From: Anaerolineae bacterium
GTDB lineage: Bacteria; Chloroflexota; Anaerolineae; Fen-1058
Reading direction: 5' to 3'
Assembly: GCA_035693785.1 (NCBI GenBank)
Contig: DASSFZ010000153.1
Location: forward strand, 1 to 45,716
DNA length: 45,716 bases
The position numbers and the translations under genes were made by a program. Numbering within the stretch: position 1 is the first letter of the stretch; each line of letters starts with the position of its first letter. The notes beneath the pieces were generated by a model. It made no database searches and was not told the DNA's origin. It worked only from the letters and a program-made list of their open reading frames with translations. Of this stretch, positions 8,471 through 17,318 are shown in pieces.

Positions 8471-9877
8471 ATGGCGACGCAAGAACAGAATCTGCAGAGT
8501 TTGAAGGAATACAAGTATGGTTTCGTCGATCCGGCCACGCACGTCTTCAAGTCGGGCAAGGGCTTCACGCGTGAGGTCGTCGAAGAAATCTCGGCCATGA
8601 AGGGCGAGCCGGAGTGGATGCGCAAATTCCGCCTGAAGGCGTATGCGCATGCCGTCCAGCGCCCGACGCCGACGTGGGGCGGCGACCTGTCCGGCCTGAA
8701 CCTGGACGAGATTTACTTCTACATCCGCCCCTCTGAAAAGACCGAGGCCAGTTGGGACGAGGTGCCCGAAACGATCAAGAACACGTTCGACAAGCTGGGC
8801 ATCCCCGAAGCCGAGCGCAAGTTTCTGGCCGGCGTTGGCGCCCAGTACGAAAGCGAGATGGTCTACCACAGCATTCAGGAGAACCTCGAGAAGCAGGGCG
8901 TGATTTTCCTGAGCAGCGACGACGGCCTCAAGCACTACCCCGACCTGTTCAGAGAGCATTTCGGCACGATCATTCCGATCCAGGACAACAAGTTCGCCGC
9001 GATCAACAGCGCGGTATGGTCGGGCGGGTCGTTCGTGTACGTGCCCAAGGGCGTGCACGTCGAGATGCCTTTGCAGGCCTACTTTCGCCTCAACTCGGAG
9101 AGTGTGGGCCAGTTCGAGCGCACGCTGATCATCGTGGACGAAGGCGCGCAAGTGCATTACGTTGAGGGTTGCACCGCGCCGGTCTACTCGCGCGATTCGT
9201 TCCACTCCGGCGTGATCGAGATCGTCGTGAAGAAGGGCGCGCGCTGCCGCTATACCACGATCCAGAACTGGTCGGCCAACGTCTATAACCTGGTCACCCA
9301 GCGCGCCATCGTCGAGGAGGACGCGACGATGGAGTGGACCGACGCTAACCTGGGCAGCAAGCTGACGATGAAGTATCCGTCGTGCTACTTGATGGGCAAG
9401 GGCGCCAAGGGCGAGATTCTGTCGATGGCCTTCGCCGGCACGGGCCAGCACCAGGACACCGGCGGCAAGGTCGTGCACGTCGCGCCGTACACTCGCAGCA
9501 AGATCACGTCCAAGTCGATCAGCATGAACAGGGGACGCGCCTCTTACCGCGGCTTGCTCAAGGTGCACAAGGGCGCGGAGGGCGCGCAATCTCACGTGCA
9601 GTGCGACGCGCTGCTGCTTCACGAGGAGAGCCGCACCGACACGTATCCCTACATCGAGATCGATGAGGACCGCGTGACCATCGGCCACGAGGCGACGGTC
9701 AGCAAGATCGGCGACGAGCAGTTGTTCTACCTGATGAGCCGCGGCCTGGACGAGGTGACCGCCCGCTCGATGGTCGTGTCGGGCTTCATCGAGCCTCTGG
9801 TCAAGGAGCTGCCGATGGAGTACGCGGTCGAGATGAACCGCCTGATCCAGCTCCAGATGGAAGGCAGCGTGGGATAG
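8471..9877 (+). CDS. sufB: Fe-S cluster assembly scaffold SufB
   Basis: 468 aa with a typical SufB sequence ([69 protein letters not shown]). Confidence 0.93.
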   Translation: MATQEQNLQSLKEYKYGFVDPATHVFKSGKGFTREVVEEISAMKGEPEWMRKFRLKAYAHAVQRPTPTWGGDLSGLNLDEIYFYIRPSEKTEASWDEVPETIKNTFDKLGIPEAERKFLAGVGAQYESEMVYHSIQENLEKQGVIFLSSDDGLKHYPDLFREHFGTIIPIQDNKFAAINSAVWSGGSFVYVPKGVHVEMPLQAYFRLNSESVGQFERTLIIVDEGAQVHYVEGCTAPVYSRDSFHSGVIEIVVKKGARCRYTTIQNWSANVYNLVTQRAIVEEDATMEWTDANLGSKLTMKYPSCYLMGKGAKGEILSMAFAGTGQHQDTGGKVVHVAPYTRSKITSKSISMNRGRASYRGLLKVHKGAEGAQSHVQCDALLLHEESRTDTYPYIEIDEDRVTIGHEATVSKIGDEQLFYLMSRGLDEVTARSMVVSGFIEPLVKELPMEYAVEMNRLIQLQMEGSVG

Positions 9878-9999
9878 CCGGATAGCCGAGTAGTCATAGG
9901 GCCCGGTGGCCGTGCGGTTTGTGCGCAGCGGAGTGAGCATCATCGTCGGGGCGTGCCTCTCGTCTATGGGGTGCGCCTCGCGCATCGAATAGCAGGAGA

Positions 10000-11421
10000 A
10001 TGGTTTTGACCTCTGTGACGACGTTGAACGACGAAACGACCGCGAGGGCGGTGCCGCTTGCGGCGAGCGAGCCGGTTCGCGAAGCCGAGACCGGCCTCGC
10101 GCCCGCCGCGCTTGGATTTTCCCGCGAATCGCTCGACGCCCTGATCGCCTCTCGTCCTTTCGAGCCGGATTGGATGCGAGACGTGCGTCTGGACGCCTGG
10201 CGCATTCTGCAAGATACGCCTCTGCCAGCCCGAAACGACGAGGCGTGGCGGCGCACCGATTACTCGGCGCTGAAGTTCGAGGAGGTGGCGACGCTGGCGC
10301 AGGACGACGATCTCAAAACCGCGCTCAAGCACACGCCTATGCCGGTGCGCAACGTGCTGAGGGACAAGCATGCTTCCGGCGCGCTGCTTCAGGTCGATGG
10401 TCTCGTCGGCGGCAACTGGCTGGATGAGCCGCTGCGCCAGCGCGGCGTCATCTTCACGGACATGGACGCCGCGCTGCGCGAGCACGGCGATCTCCTGAAG
10501 CGCTATTTCATGACCGAGATCGTCAAGCCCAACGACGGCTACTTCGCGGCGCTGCATGCGGCCTTCTGGCAGGGGGGCGCTTTCCTGTACGTGCCGGCCG
10601 GCGTCGATGTGCCGATGCCGCTGCGCGCGGCGACCTGGCTGTCCGAACACGCGGCGTCGTTTACTCACACCTTGATCGTCGTAGAGCGTGGGGCGCGCGT
10701 CGTGTTCATCGACGAATATGCATCGCGAACGCAGGTCAGGCAGGCCCTCGTGTGCGGCGCGGTGGAGATGCAGGCCGGGCCGGGCGCGCAGCTCGACTAC
10801 GTGAACTGGCAAGACTGGGGGCGCGACGTATTCAACTTCACGCACGAGCGCGCCGCCGTCGAGCGCGACGCGACGCTGCACTGGGTCGTGGCCGGGTTGG
10901 GCGGCCGCCTGACGAAATCCTTCCTCGACTCGCGGCTGGTCGGCGAGGGCAGCACCGCGCTGATGTCAGGCGTGTACTTCGTCGACGGGACGCAGCACAT
11001 GGATTACGATACCGAGCAGAATCACGTCGCCGGCCACGCCAGGAGCGACCTTTTGTACAAGGGCGCGCTCAAAGACAAGGCGCGCGCGGTGTGGCAGGGC
11101 AACATCCGCGTGTATCCCGGCGCGCAGCGCACCGACGCGTACCAGGCCAACCGAAACCTGGCGCTCAGCCACGAGGCGCGCACCGATTCAATCCCCGGTC
11201 TCGAGATCGAGGCGAACGATGTGCGCTGCACGCACGGCTCGGCGGTCAGCCAGATCGATCGCGAGGAAGTCTTTTACCTGATGACGCGCGGTGTCCCGAA
11301 GCCGGTCGCCGAGCAGTTGATCGTCAACGCGTTCTTCCAGCCGGTGCTCGACCGCATTCCACACAAAAGCGTGCGGCGACGCCTGGAAAAGTCGTTTGCC
11401 GCCAAGATGGGGCTGGCTTGA
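10000..11421 (+). CDS. sufD: Fe-S cluster assembly protein SufD
   Basis: SufBD-family C-terminal half (FTHTLIVVERGA.V, DGTQHMDY.T...H...H..SD.LYKGAL.D.ARAVWQG.I.V..GAQ.TDAYQ.NRNL.LS, CTHG.AVSQID.EE.FYLM.RG). Its position is between sufB and sufU. AGGAGA precedes the ATG. Confidence 0.88.
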   Translation: MVLTSVTTLNDETTARAVPLAASEPVREAETGLAPAALGFSRESLDALIASRPFEPDWMRDVRLDAWRILQDTPLPARNDEAWRRTDYSALKFEEVATLAQDDDLKTALKHTPMPVRNVLRDKHASGALLQVDGLVGGNWLDEPLRQRGVIFTDMDAALREHGDLLKRYFMTEIVKPNDGYFAALHAAFWQGGAFLYVPAGVDVPMPLRAATWLSEHAASFTHTLIVVERGARVVFIDEYASRTQVRQALVCGAVEMQAGPGAQLDYVNWQDWGRDVFNFTHERAAVERDATLHWVVAGLGGRLTKSFLDSRLVGEGSTALMSGVYFVDGTQHMDYDTEQNHVAGHARSDLLYKGALKDKARAVWQGNIRVYPGAQRTDAYQANRNLALSHEARTDSIPGLEIEANDVRCTHGSAVSQIDREEVFYLMTRGVPKPVAEQLIVNAFFQPVLDRIPHKSVRRRLEKSFAAKMGLA

Positions 11422-11427
11422 CCCGCG

Positions 11428-11817
11428 ATGGACCGGCAAGAACAGATCGACTTCATACTGGATCACTACGAGAATCCGCGCCGCAAAGGGGCGCTGCCGG
11501 ATGCCGGCGCGTCGGCGCAGGGCAGCAATCCGGGCTGCGGCGATCTCGTGACGATGTACGTGAAGGTCGACCCTCGGACGGGCCGAGCCGATGTGACATT
11601 CGACGGAACCGGTTGTACAATCAGCCAGGCTTCGGCCTCGTATTTGAGTGAGTTTGCCAGCGGTAAGACGCTCGAAGAAGTCCTCACCGTCGACCACGAT
11701 GTTTGGATGGACGCGCTGGGTCGGGAAATCGCGCAGCAAAGGCCGGGTTGTGCGATGCTGCCGCTGGATACGCTGCGAGAGGCGATCGGCAAGCTCGACC
11801 GGCTACAGGCGCTTTAG
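11428..11817 (+). CDS. sufU: SufU/IscU-like sulfur acceptor/scaffold, paralog 1
   Basis: ILDHYENPRRKG, the three conserved Cys contexts (NPGCGD, GTGCTISQASAS, PGCAMLPLD) and a SufU-type long insertion before the third Cys. Confidence 0.85.
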   Translation: MDRQEQIDFILDHYENPRRKGALPDAGASAQGSNPGCGDLVTMYVKVDPRTGRADVTFDGTGCTISQASASYLSEFASGKTLEEVLTVDHDVWMDALGREIAQQRPGCAMLPLDTLREAIGKLDRLQAL

Positions 11818-11830
11818 AGACTAGACAGGA

Positions 11831-13096
11831 GTGACGATCTTGATACCCACGTCCGCGCCTCGCACGCTCGACGTGCAGGCCGTCCGGGCCGACTTTCCCA
11901 TCTTGAGCCAGAGCGTCAACGGCAAGCCGCTGGCGTTTCTGGATAGCGCCGCCTCGTCCCAAAAGCCGCTGGCCGTCATCGAGGCCATGAACGAGTACTA
12001 CCGCACGACGCACGCCAACGTGCATCGCGGCGTGTACACGCTAAGCGAGCGTGCGACGGAGCTGTACGAGAACGCGCGCAAGAAAGTGGCCCGGTTCATC
12101 GGCGCGAAGTCGAGCCGCGAAATCATCTTTACCCGCAATACCACGGAGTCGATCAATCTGGTCGCGCAGGCGTGGGGCAGGGCGAACCTCAGGCCGGGCG
12201 ACGAGATTTTATTGACCGAACTGGAGCACCACAGCAACCTCGTGCCCTGGCAGCTCATCGCGCGAGAGACCGGCGCGAGGATCCGCTACATTCCGGTGGA
12301 CGGGCAGGGGGTTCTGCAGCTCGACGGGCTGGACACGCTGCTGACGGAACGCACGAAGATCGTGGCCTTCACGCAGATGAGCAACATGCTCGGAACGATC
12401 ACGCCGGCGGCGGAGATCGTGCGCCGCGCGACGGCAGCCGGCGCGCTGACGCTCATCGACGCCGCGCAGGGCGTGCCACATCTGCCGACAAACGTGCAGG
12501 CATTGGGCTGCGATTTCCTGGCGTTCTCCGGCCACAAGATGTGCGGGCCGACCGGCATTGGCGTTCTGTACGGCCGGCGCGACCTGCTGGAGGCGATGCC
12601 CCCCTTCCTCAGCGGCGGCGACATGATCCGCCGTGTGACGTTCGAGGGCGCGGAATGGAACGAGCTGCCCTGGAAATTCGAGGCGGGCACTCCCGCGATC
12701 GCCGAAGGCATTGGGCTGGGCGCGGCCGTCGATTACCTTTCGGGCCTGGGGATGGACGCCGTGCGCGCGCACGAGCGCGAGACTATCGCTTATGCCCTCG
12801 AACGGCTGGCCGAGGTGCCGACCGTCGCCATTTATGGCCCTATGGATCCGGACATTCGCGGCGGCGTGGCGACGTTCAATCTAGGCGACATCCATCCGCA
12901 CGACGTGGCCGCCGTGCTCGATACGGAGGGCATCGCCATTCGCGCCGGTCATCACTGCGCGATGCCGCTGCACGAGAAGTTCGGGCTGACGGCGTCGTCC
13001 CGCGCATCGTTCTACGTCTATACGATTCCCGAAGAAATCGATCGGCTCGTCGAGGGGTTGTACAAGGCCAGGTCGATTTACAAGAGAACCAAGTGA
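11831..13096 (+). CDS. sufS: Cysteine desulfurase SufS (group II)
   Basis: FPIL...VNGKPLAFLDSAASSQKP, HANVHRG.Y.LS, the PLP lysine in FSGHKM.GPTGIG and the catalytic Cys in RAGHHCAMP. The start codon appears to be GTG. Confidence 0.92.
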   Translation: MTILIPTSAPRTLDVQAVRADFPILSQSVNGKPLAFLDSAASSQKPLAVIEAMNEYYRTTHANVHRGVYTLSERATELYENARKKVARFIGAKSSREIIFTRNTTESINLVAQAWGRANLRPGDEILLTELEHHSNLVPWQLIARETGARIRYIPVDGQGVLQLDGLDTLLTERTKIVAFTQMSNMLGTITPAAEIVRRATAAGALTLIDAAQGVPHLPTNVQALGCDFLAFSGHKMCGPTGIGVLYGRRDLLEAMPPFLSGGDMIRRVTFEGAEWNELPWKFEAGTPAIAEGIGLGAAVDYLSGLGMDAVRAHERETIAYALERLAEVPTVAIYGPMDPDIRGGVATFNLGDIHPHDVAAVLDTEGIAIRAGHHCAMPLHEKFGLTASSRASFYVYTIPEEIDRLVEGLYKARSIYKRTK

Positions 13097-13121
13097 CCGG
13101 CACCTGAAAGGTGCCGGTCAC
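13093..13121 (+). other. Perfect 12-bp stem-loop at the sufS/sufU2 junction
   Basis: gtgaccggcacc-tgaaa-ggtgccggtcac overlaps the sufS TGA (13094..13096). No U-tract follows. Confidence 0.7.
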
Positions 13122-13134
13122 TTCGAGGCGGTCG

Positions 13135-13533
13135 ATGCAAGACCTCTACATGGAGAACATCCTCGATCACTACGAGAATCCCCGCAACAAGGGGCGGCTC
13201 GAGCATCCGGACATCTCGCACGAGGAAGACAATCCGGTCTGCGGCGATCGCATTCGTATCGACTTGAAAGTGGAAGATGGCGTCATCGCCGACGCGCGCT
13301 TCGACGGACGCGGCTGCTCGATCAGCCAGGCGGCGGCGTCGATGCTGATCGAAGACATCATCGGCAAGCCGCTGGACGAAGTGAAAGGCTACGACAAGGC
13401 GCACGTCCTGGACATGCTGGGTATCCCCATCGGGCCGGTGCGCATGAAATGCGCGCTGCTGTCGCTGAAGGTGCTGAAAGCAGGCGCATACGGCATTCAT
13501 GGCTGGCCGGGGGAAGATGAGGAAGAGAGTTAG
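13135..13533 (+). CDS. sufU: SufU/IscU-like sulfur acceptor/scaffold, paralog 2
   Basis: ILDHYENPRNKG and the Cys contexts NPVCGD, GRGCSISQAAAS and MKCALLSLK. The ATG at 13135 follows GAGGCGG. The C-terminus has an acidic tail. Confidence 0.85.
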   Translation: MQDLYMENILDHYENPRNKGRLEHPDISHEEDNPVCGDRIRIDLKVEDGVIADARFDGRGCSISQAAASMLIEDIIGKPLDEVKGYDKAHVLDMLGIPIGPVRMKCALLSLKVLKAGAYGIHGWPGEDEEES

Positions 13534-13562
13534 AGTGGGGAGTTAGAGTGGCGAGTTAGGCG

Positions 13563-13883
13563 ATGGGTGAGTTTGTGACGGTTGCGAAGACGAGTGAGAT
13601 TGCGCCAGGGACGGTGAAGGTCGTGCGCGTCGACGGCGTGCCGATCGGCGTGGCCAACGTCGATGGCGAGTTCTACGCGTTCGCCGACGTGTGCACGCAC
13701 GACGACGGCCCGGTGGCTGAGGGCGAGCTGGACGGTTGCCAAATCGAGTGCCCGCGCCATGGCGCGCGGTTCGATATTCGCACCGGTGCGGTGAAGCTGC
13801 TTCCGGCGGTCGTGCCGATTCCGGTGTATCCGCTGCAGGTGATCGGCGACGAGATTCAAGTCAGTTCTGTTCCCAAGAGTTGA
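13563..13883 (+). CDS. Rieske [2Fe-2S] ferredoxin-like protein
   Basis: Rieske ligand motifs CTHDDGPV and CPRHGARF. It is the last gene of the suf cluster. Confidence 0.85.
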   Translation: MGEFVTVAKTSEIAPGTVKVVRVDGVPIGVANVDGEFYAFADVCTHDDGPVAEGELDGCQIECPRHGARFDIRTGAVKLLPAVVPIPVYPLQVIGDEIQVSSVPKS

Positions 13884-13887
13884 ATTG

Positions 13888-13899
13888 AGACTTCCGAAG
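13888..13899. repeat. Degenerate solo copy of the AGACTTCCGAAGTCT element
   Basis: agacttccgaag, then g instead of tct. It lies 5 nt after the Rieske stop codon. Confidence 0.35.
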
Positions 13900-13991
13900 G
13901 CACGATGTCGTAGTGATGACTTCAGTCGTCCTTTGAGGCTGGCCTGGTACTGGCTGGCCTTTTTTCTTAATTTATCACGGAGCAAGCATGT

Positions 13992-14762
13992 ATGGAGATG
14001 ATGGACATCGCTATCGCGGCGGCCCGACAAGCCGGCGCGCTGCTGGGCATGTATTGGGAGCGCGGCGTTGTCGCCGAGTATAAGGGCGCGATCGACCTGG
14101 TAACCGAGGCGGACCGCGCGTCCGAGGCGCTCATTCTGGATGTGCTGTCTCGACACTTCCCGGATCACCGTTTCCACGGCGAAGAGACCGGTGCGAACGG
14201 CGCGCCTTCGTCGCACGTGTGGCTGATCGATCCACTGGACGGCACGACGAATTTCGCACACGGCTATCCGCAGTTCAGCGTGTCGATCGCGCTGCGAATC
14301 GATGGGCGGACGGAAATCGGCGTCGTATTCGATCCGCTGCGCGACGAGCTATACACCGCCGGACGCGGGCGCGGCGCGTCCCTCAACGGGCGGTCGATTC
14401 GGGTCTCGGCGACTCCCGATCTGGCGCACAGCTTCTTGGTGACCGGTTTTCCGTACGATCGGCAGACGAGCGGGCACAATAACATTCAGGAACATCGAGC
14501 ATTCCTGATGCAATCGCAGGGCGTATTGCGCGCGGGCAGCGCGGCGCTCGACCTGGCCGCTGTCGCGTGCGGCCGGCTCGATGGCTACTGGGAGTACAAG
14601 CTCAGCCCATGGGACTGGGCGGCGGGTATTCTGCTGGTGGAAGAAGCCAGCGGCCGAGTGACAGATGCGCAGGGTGGGGCGGTAGGCTCGCGGCCGGAAG
14701 GGATCGTCGCAAGCAACGGCAGGATTCATGAGGAAATGCTGGACGTGTTGCGGGATGCGTGA
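13992..14762 (+). CDS. Inositol monophosphatase family protein (SuhB-like)
   Basis: Motifs VTEADRASE, EE, WLIDPLDGTTNFAHG and WDWAAG. Confidence 0.88.
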   Translation: MEMMDIAIAAARQAGALLGMYWERGVVAEYKGAIDLVTEADRASEALILDVLSRHFPDHRFHGEETGANGAPSSHVWLIDPLDGTTNFAHGYPQFSVSIALRIDGRTEIGVVFDPLRDELYTAGRGRGASLNGRSIRVSATPDLAHSFLVTGFPYDRQTSGHNNIQEHRAFLMQSQGVLRAGSAALDLAAVACGRLDGYWEYKLSPWDWAAGILLVEEASGRVTDAQGGAVGSRPEGIVASNGRIHEEMLDVLRDA

Positions 14763-14780
14763 CGGGAGGACATTCACGTG

Positions 14781-17303
14781 TCAGGGCGGGTCACTCATCG
14801 CCCGTCTCACCTCCTCCGCCGACCCCAGCTCGAGCGCGGCCTGAGCCAGTTTGCGCGCCTCACTCGAATCCAGTCCGCGAATGATCTGCTTGGCCTTCGG
14901 GATAGCCGGCGTGTTCATGCTCAGCTCGTCGACGCCCAGCCCGACGAGCAGCGGCACGGCCAGCGGATCGCCGCCCATCTCGCCGCACACGCCGACCCAC
15001 TTGCCCCGCGCGTGCGCGGCTTCCACGACCAACTGAATCAACCGCAAAACGGCTGGCTGAAATCCATCCGCGAGCGCCGCGACGCGCGCGTTGCCGCGCT
15101 CGGCGGCAAGCGTGTACTGAGACAGGTCGTTCGTGCCGATCGAGAAGAAATCAACTTCCTCGGCGAACTGTGTCGCCTGCAGCGCTGCGGAGGGGATCTC
15201 GACCATGATGCCGGTTTCGATCCGGTCCGGCGCAGCCTGGCCGAGATTCCTGACCTCGAGTCTCGCTTCTTCCAGCAGCGCGCGCGCCGCTCGCCATTCG
15301 GCGAGCGTGGCGACCATTGGAAACATCACTTTCACCGGAAAATCTGCGGCGGCGCGCACGATGGCGCGCAGCTGCGCCTTGAACAGGTCAGGTTTCGCCA
15401 GGCACAGGCGAATCGCGCGCCAGCCCAGAAACGGGTTCGCTTCCGCGCCGAGATCCAGGTAGGGTAGGGGCTTGTCGCCGCCTACGTCGAGTGTGCGAAT
15501 GATCAGCGGTCGCCCTTCAAGCCCCTGTGCGGCGGCGCAGTATGCAGCATATTGCACCTCTTCGTCAGGCGCGACCTGCCGATCGAGAAACAAGAACTCC
15601 GTGCGGAACAGCCCGACCCCCTCCGCTCCGGCGTCTACGGCAGCGCGCGCTTCGTCTGGCGATCCAATGTTGGCGACAACCTCGAGGCGGCGGCCGTCGC
15701 GCGTAACGGCCGGCGCTGCACTGGCGGCGCGCGCTTCGGCTTTCGCCGCGCGGGCGTCCCCGGCGCGCTGTGCATAGTGAGCGACGAGGCTGGCTTCCGG
15801 GTCCGGGAAGACCTGGCCGGTCATACCGACGACGATCAACAACGTGCCTTCCGCGATCTCGAGAATGCGCTCGCCCAACCCGACGACGGCGGGAATGTCA
15901 AGACTACGCGCGAGAATTGCGCTGTGCGAAGTCGGCCCGCCGAAGGCAGTGCAAATGCCCTGCACACGCCTCGGGTCGAGGCGCGCTGTGTCCGCAGGCG
16001 TCAGATCGGGAGCGATGAGAATGCCGACCTCCGACATGACGGGCGCCGAAACAGCTTCTCCCAGAAAGTTGAGCACGACCTGTCGACCCACGTCAACCAC
16101 ATCACCAGCGCGAGCGCGCTGGTACTCGTCGTCGAGCGCGCGATACTCGGCGGCGACGTGCTCAGCGGCGCGCTGCCAGGCGGCGGCGGCGTTGAGTCGA
16201 TCGACGAAGATGGCGCGTCGCGCCGGTTCACGCAGCGCCTCGTCGTCCAGGTAGAGCGCGTGCGCCTCGAAGATCGCAGCCGAGTATGCGCCGGCGCGGC
16301 GGTTCACCGACTCGCGCATCCCCGCGATCTGCGCCCGGGTCTTCTCGATCGCCGCCAAGAGTGCGTTCCACTCGCGCTGAGGATCGTCGACGGTATGGGA
16401 GGGAGCGACAGGCATTGCCGGGCGAAACTGGCGCGCTTTGCCCATAGCGATGCCGGGTGAGGCAGGTAACCCTTGCAGGGATGAGAGCTGAGGGATGAAG
16501 GATGAAACGAGTACTTCAGTCTTCGTCGGTGGTTTGATCTCGGGTGCCCGTGGCTCACCGTCTTCGTCACCGAAGTTTGCGTCGGCAAGCGACTGAAAAG
16601 CGGCGAGCGCTGCTTCGACGTCGGGACCGTGCGCGGAGAGCAGGATTTCGTGTCCCTGCCGCACGCCGAGCGTCGCCACGGCGTTGATGCTCTTGGCGCT
16701 CACGGGTCCGCGGCCGGTCGTCAGGTTCTTCACTTCAATAGCTGCGTGGAAACGGGCAGCCGTCTGCACGAAGCGCGCAGCCGGTCGCGCATGCAGACCG
16801 AGTCGATTGCGGATAGGGAGGCGCAGCTCGGCCGGCTCGCCGATCTCCGCCTGCTGCGGCGGCGTGGGCGGCGGACGCATGGCGGGTGCAGCGCCAAGCT
16901 GTTCAGCCTTTGGGGCGAGTGCGCCGCGTGCCTCGGCGGCGACCTGCTCAAGCGTGTTGCCGATGCTCGCCTGTACGGCTGCAGCAATCGCGCCCTCGAT
17001 GAGGGGGGCTTCGCAGAGCACGATCCGCCGGCGCTGCTCGGGCGGCAGCGCTTCGACCGCCATCTCGGCGTTTGGCACGGCGCTGCCCAGGTCCATCAGC
17101 ACAAGCACGCCATCGTCGGAGTACACCTGCTCAATGGCTTGCTGCACCAGATTGGCGTTGGTGCCAAACGGCTTGTCAGGAAAACCGGACCCGCCGGCTG
17201 CTGCCAGCGGCACGTCCCCGCGCCCACCGGCTGCGTCGCGCGCCAGTTCGGCTACGCCCTCGGCGAGTTTGGCGCTGTGCGAGACGATGACGAGACCGAC
17301 CAT
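14781..17303 (-). CDS. dhaM: PTS multiphosphoryl protein DhaM: EIIA(Man)-like, HPr-like and a complete Enzyme I
   Basis: N-terminus VGLVIVSHSAKLAEGV (DhaM/EIIA-Man type). HPr-like GLHARPAARFV. EI region with GGPTSHSAILARSLDIPAVVG (phospho-His) and C-terminal PEP-binding motifs FFSIGTNDLSQY and CGEMGGDP. Confidence 0.85.
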   Translation of the reverse strand: MVGLVIVSHSAKLAEGVAELARDAAGGRGDVPLAAAGGSGFPDKPFGTNANLVQQAIEQVYSDDGVLVLMDLGSAVPNAEMAVEALPPEQRRRIVLCEAPLIEGAIAAAVQASIGNTLEQVAAEARGALAPKAEQLGAAPAMRPPPTPPQQAEIGEPAELRLPIRNRLGLHARPAARFVQTAARFHAAIEVKNLTTGRGPVSAKSINAVATLGVRQGHEILLSAHGPDVEAALAAFQSLADANFGDEDGEPRAPEIKPPTKTEVLVSSFIPQLSSLQGLPASPGIAMGKARQFRPAMPVAPSHTVDDPQREWNALLAAIEKTRAQIAGMRESVNRRAGAYSAAIFEAHALYLDDEALREPARRAIFVDRLNAAAAWQRAAEHVAAEYRALDDEYQRARAGDVVDVGRQVVLNFLGEAVSAPVMSEVGILIAPDLTPADTARLDPRRVQGICTAFGGPTSHSAILARSLDIPAVVGLGERILEIAEGTLLIVVGMTGQVFPDPEASLVAHYAQRAGDARAAKAEARAASAAPAVTRDGRRLEVVANIGSPDEARAAVDAGAEGVGLFRTEFLFLDRQVAPDEEVQYAAYCAAAQGLEGRPLIIRTLDVGGDKPLPYLDLGAEANPFLGWRAIRLCLAKPDLFKAQLRAIVRAAADFPVKVMFPMVATLAEWRAARALLEEARLEVRNLGQAAPDRIETGIMVEIPSAALQATQFAEEVDFFSIGTNDLSQYTLAAERGNARVAALADGFQPAVLRLIQLVVEAAHARGKWVGVCGEMGGDPLAVPLLVGLGVDELSMNTPAIPKAKQIIRGLDSSEARKLAQAALELGSAEEVRRAMSDPP

Positions 17304-17318
17304 GACAAATCCAAAACT

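Noticed and set aside
8450-10881. Long minus-strand ORFs (8450..9985 at 511 aa, 9964..10881 at 305 aa) opposite sufB and sufD.
   Set aside because: sufB and sufD are unambiguous on the plus strand. The antisense products are H/R/L/A/D-rich with no motifs.
10752-13107. Plus-strand out-of-frame ORFs 10752..11651 and 12172..13107 (about 300 aa each).
   Set aside because: They are alternative frames of sufD/sufU and sufS. The sequences are extremely Arg/Gly/Ala-rich, as expected from frame-shifted GC-rich coding sequence.
13950-13975. Possible intrinsic terminator after the Rieske gene (ctggcc..ggctggcc followed by TTTTTTC).
   Set aside because: A U-tract is present, but the stem needs G:U pairs and I could not draw a convincing perfect helix by eye. 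It is left uncalled.
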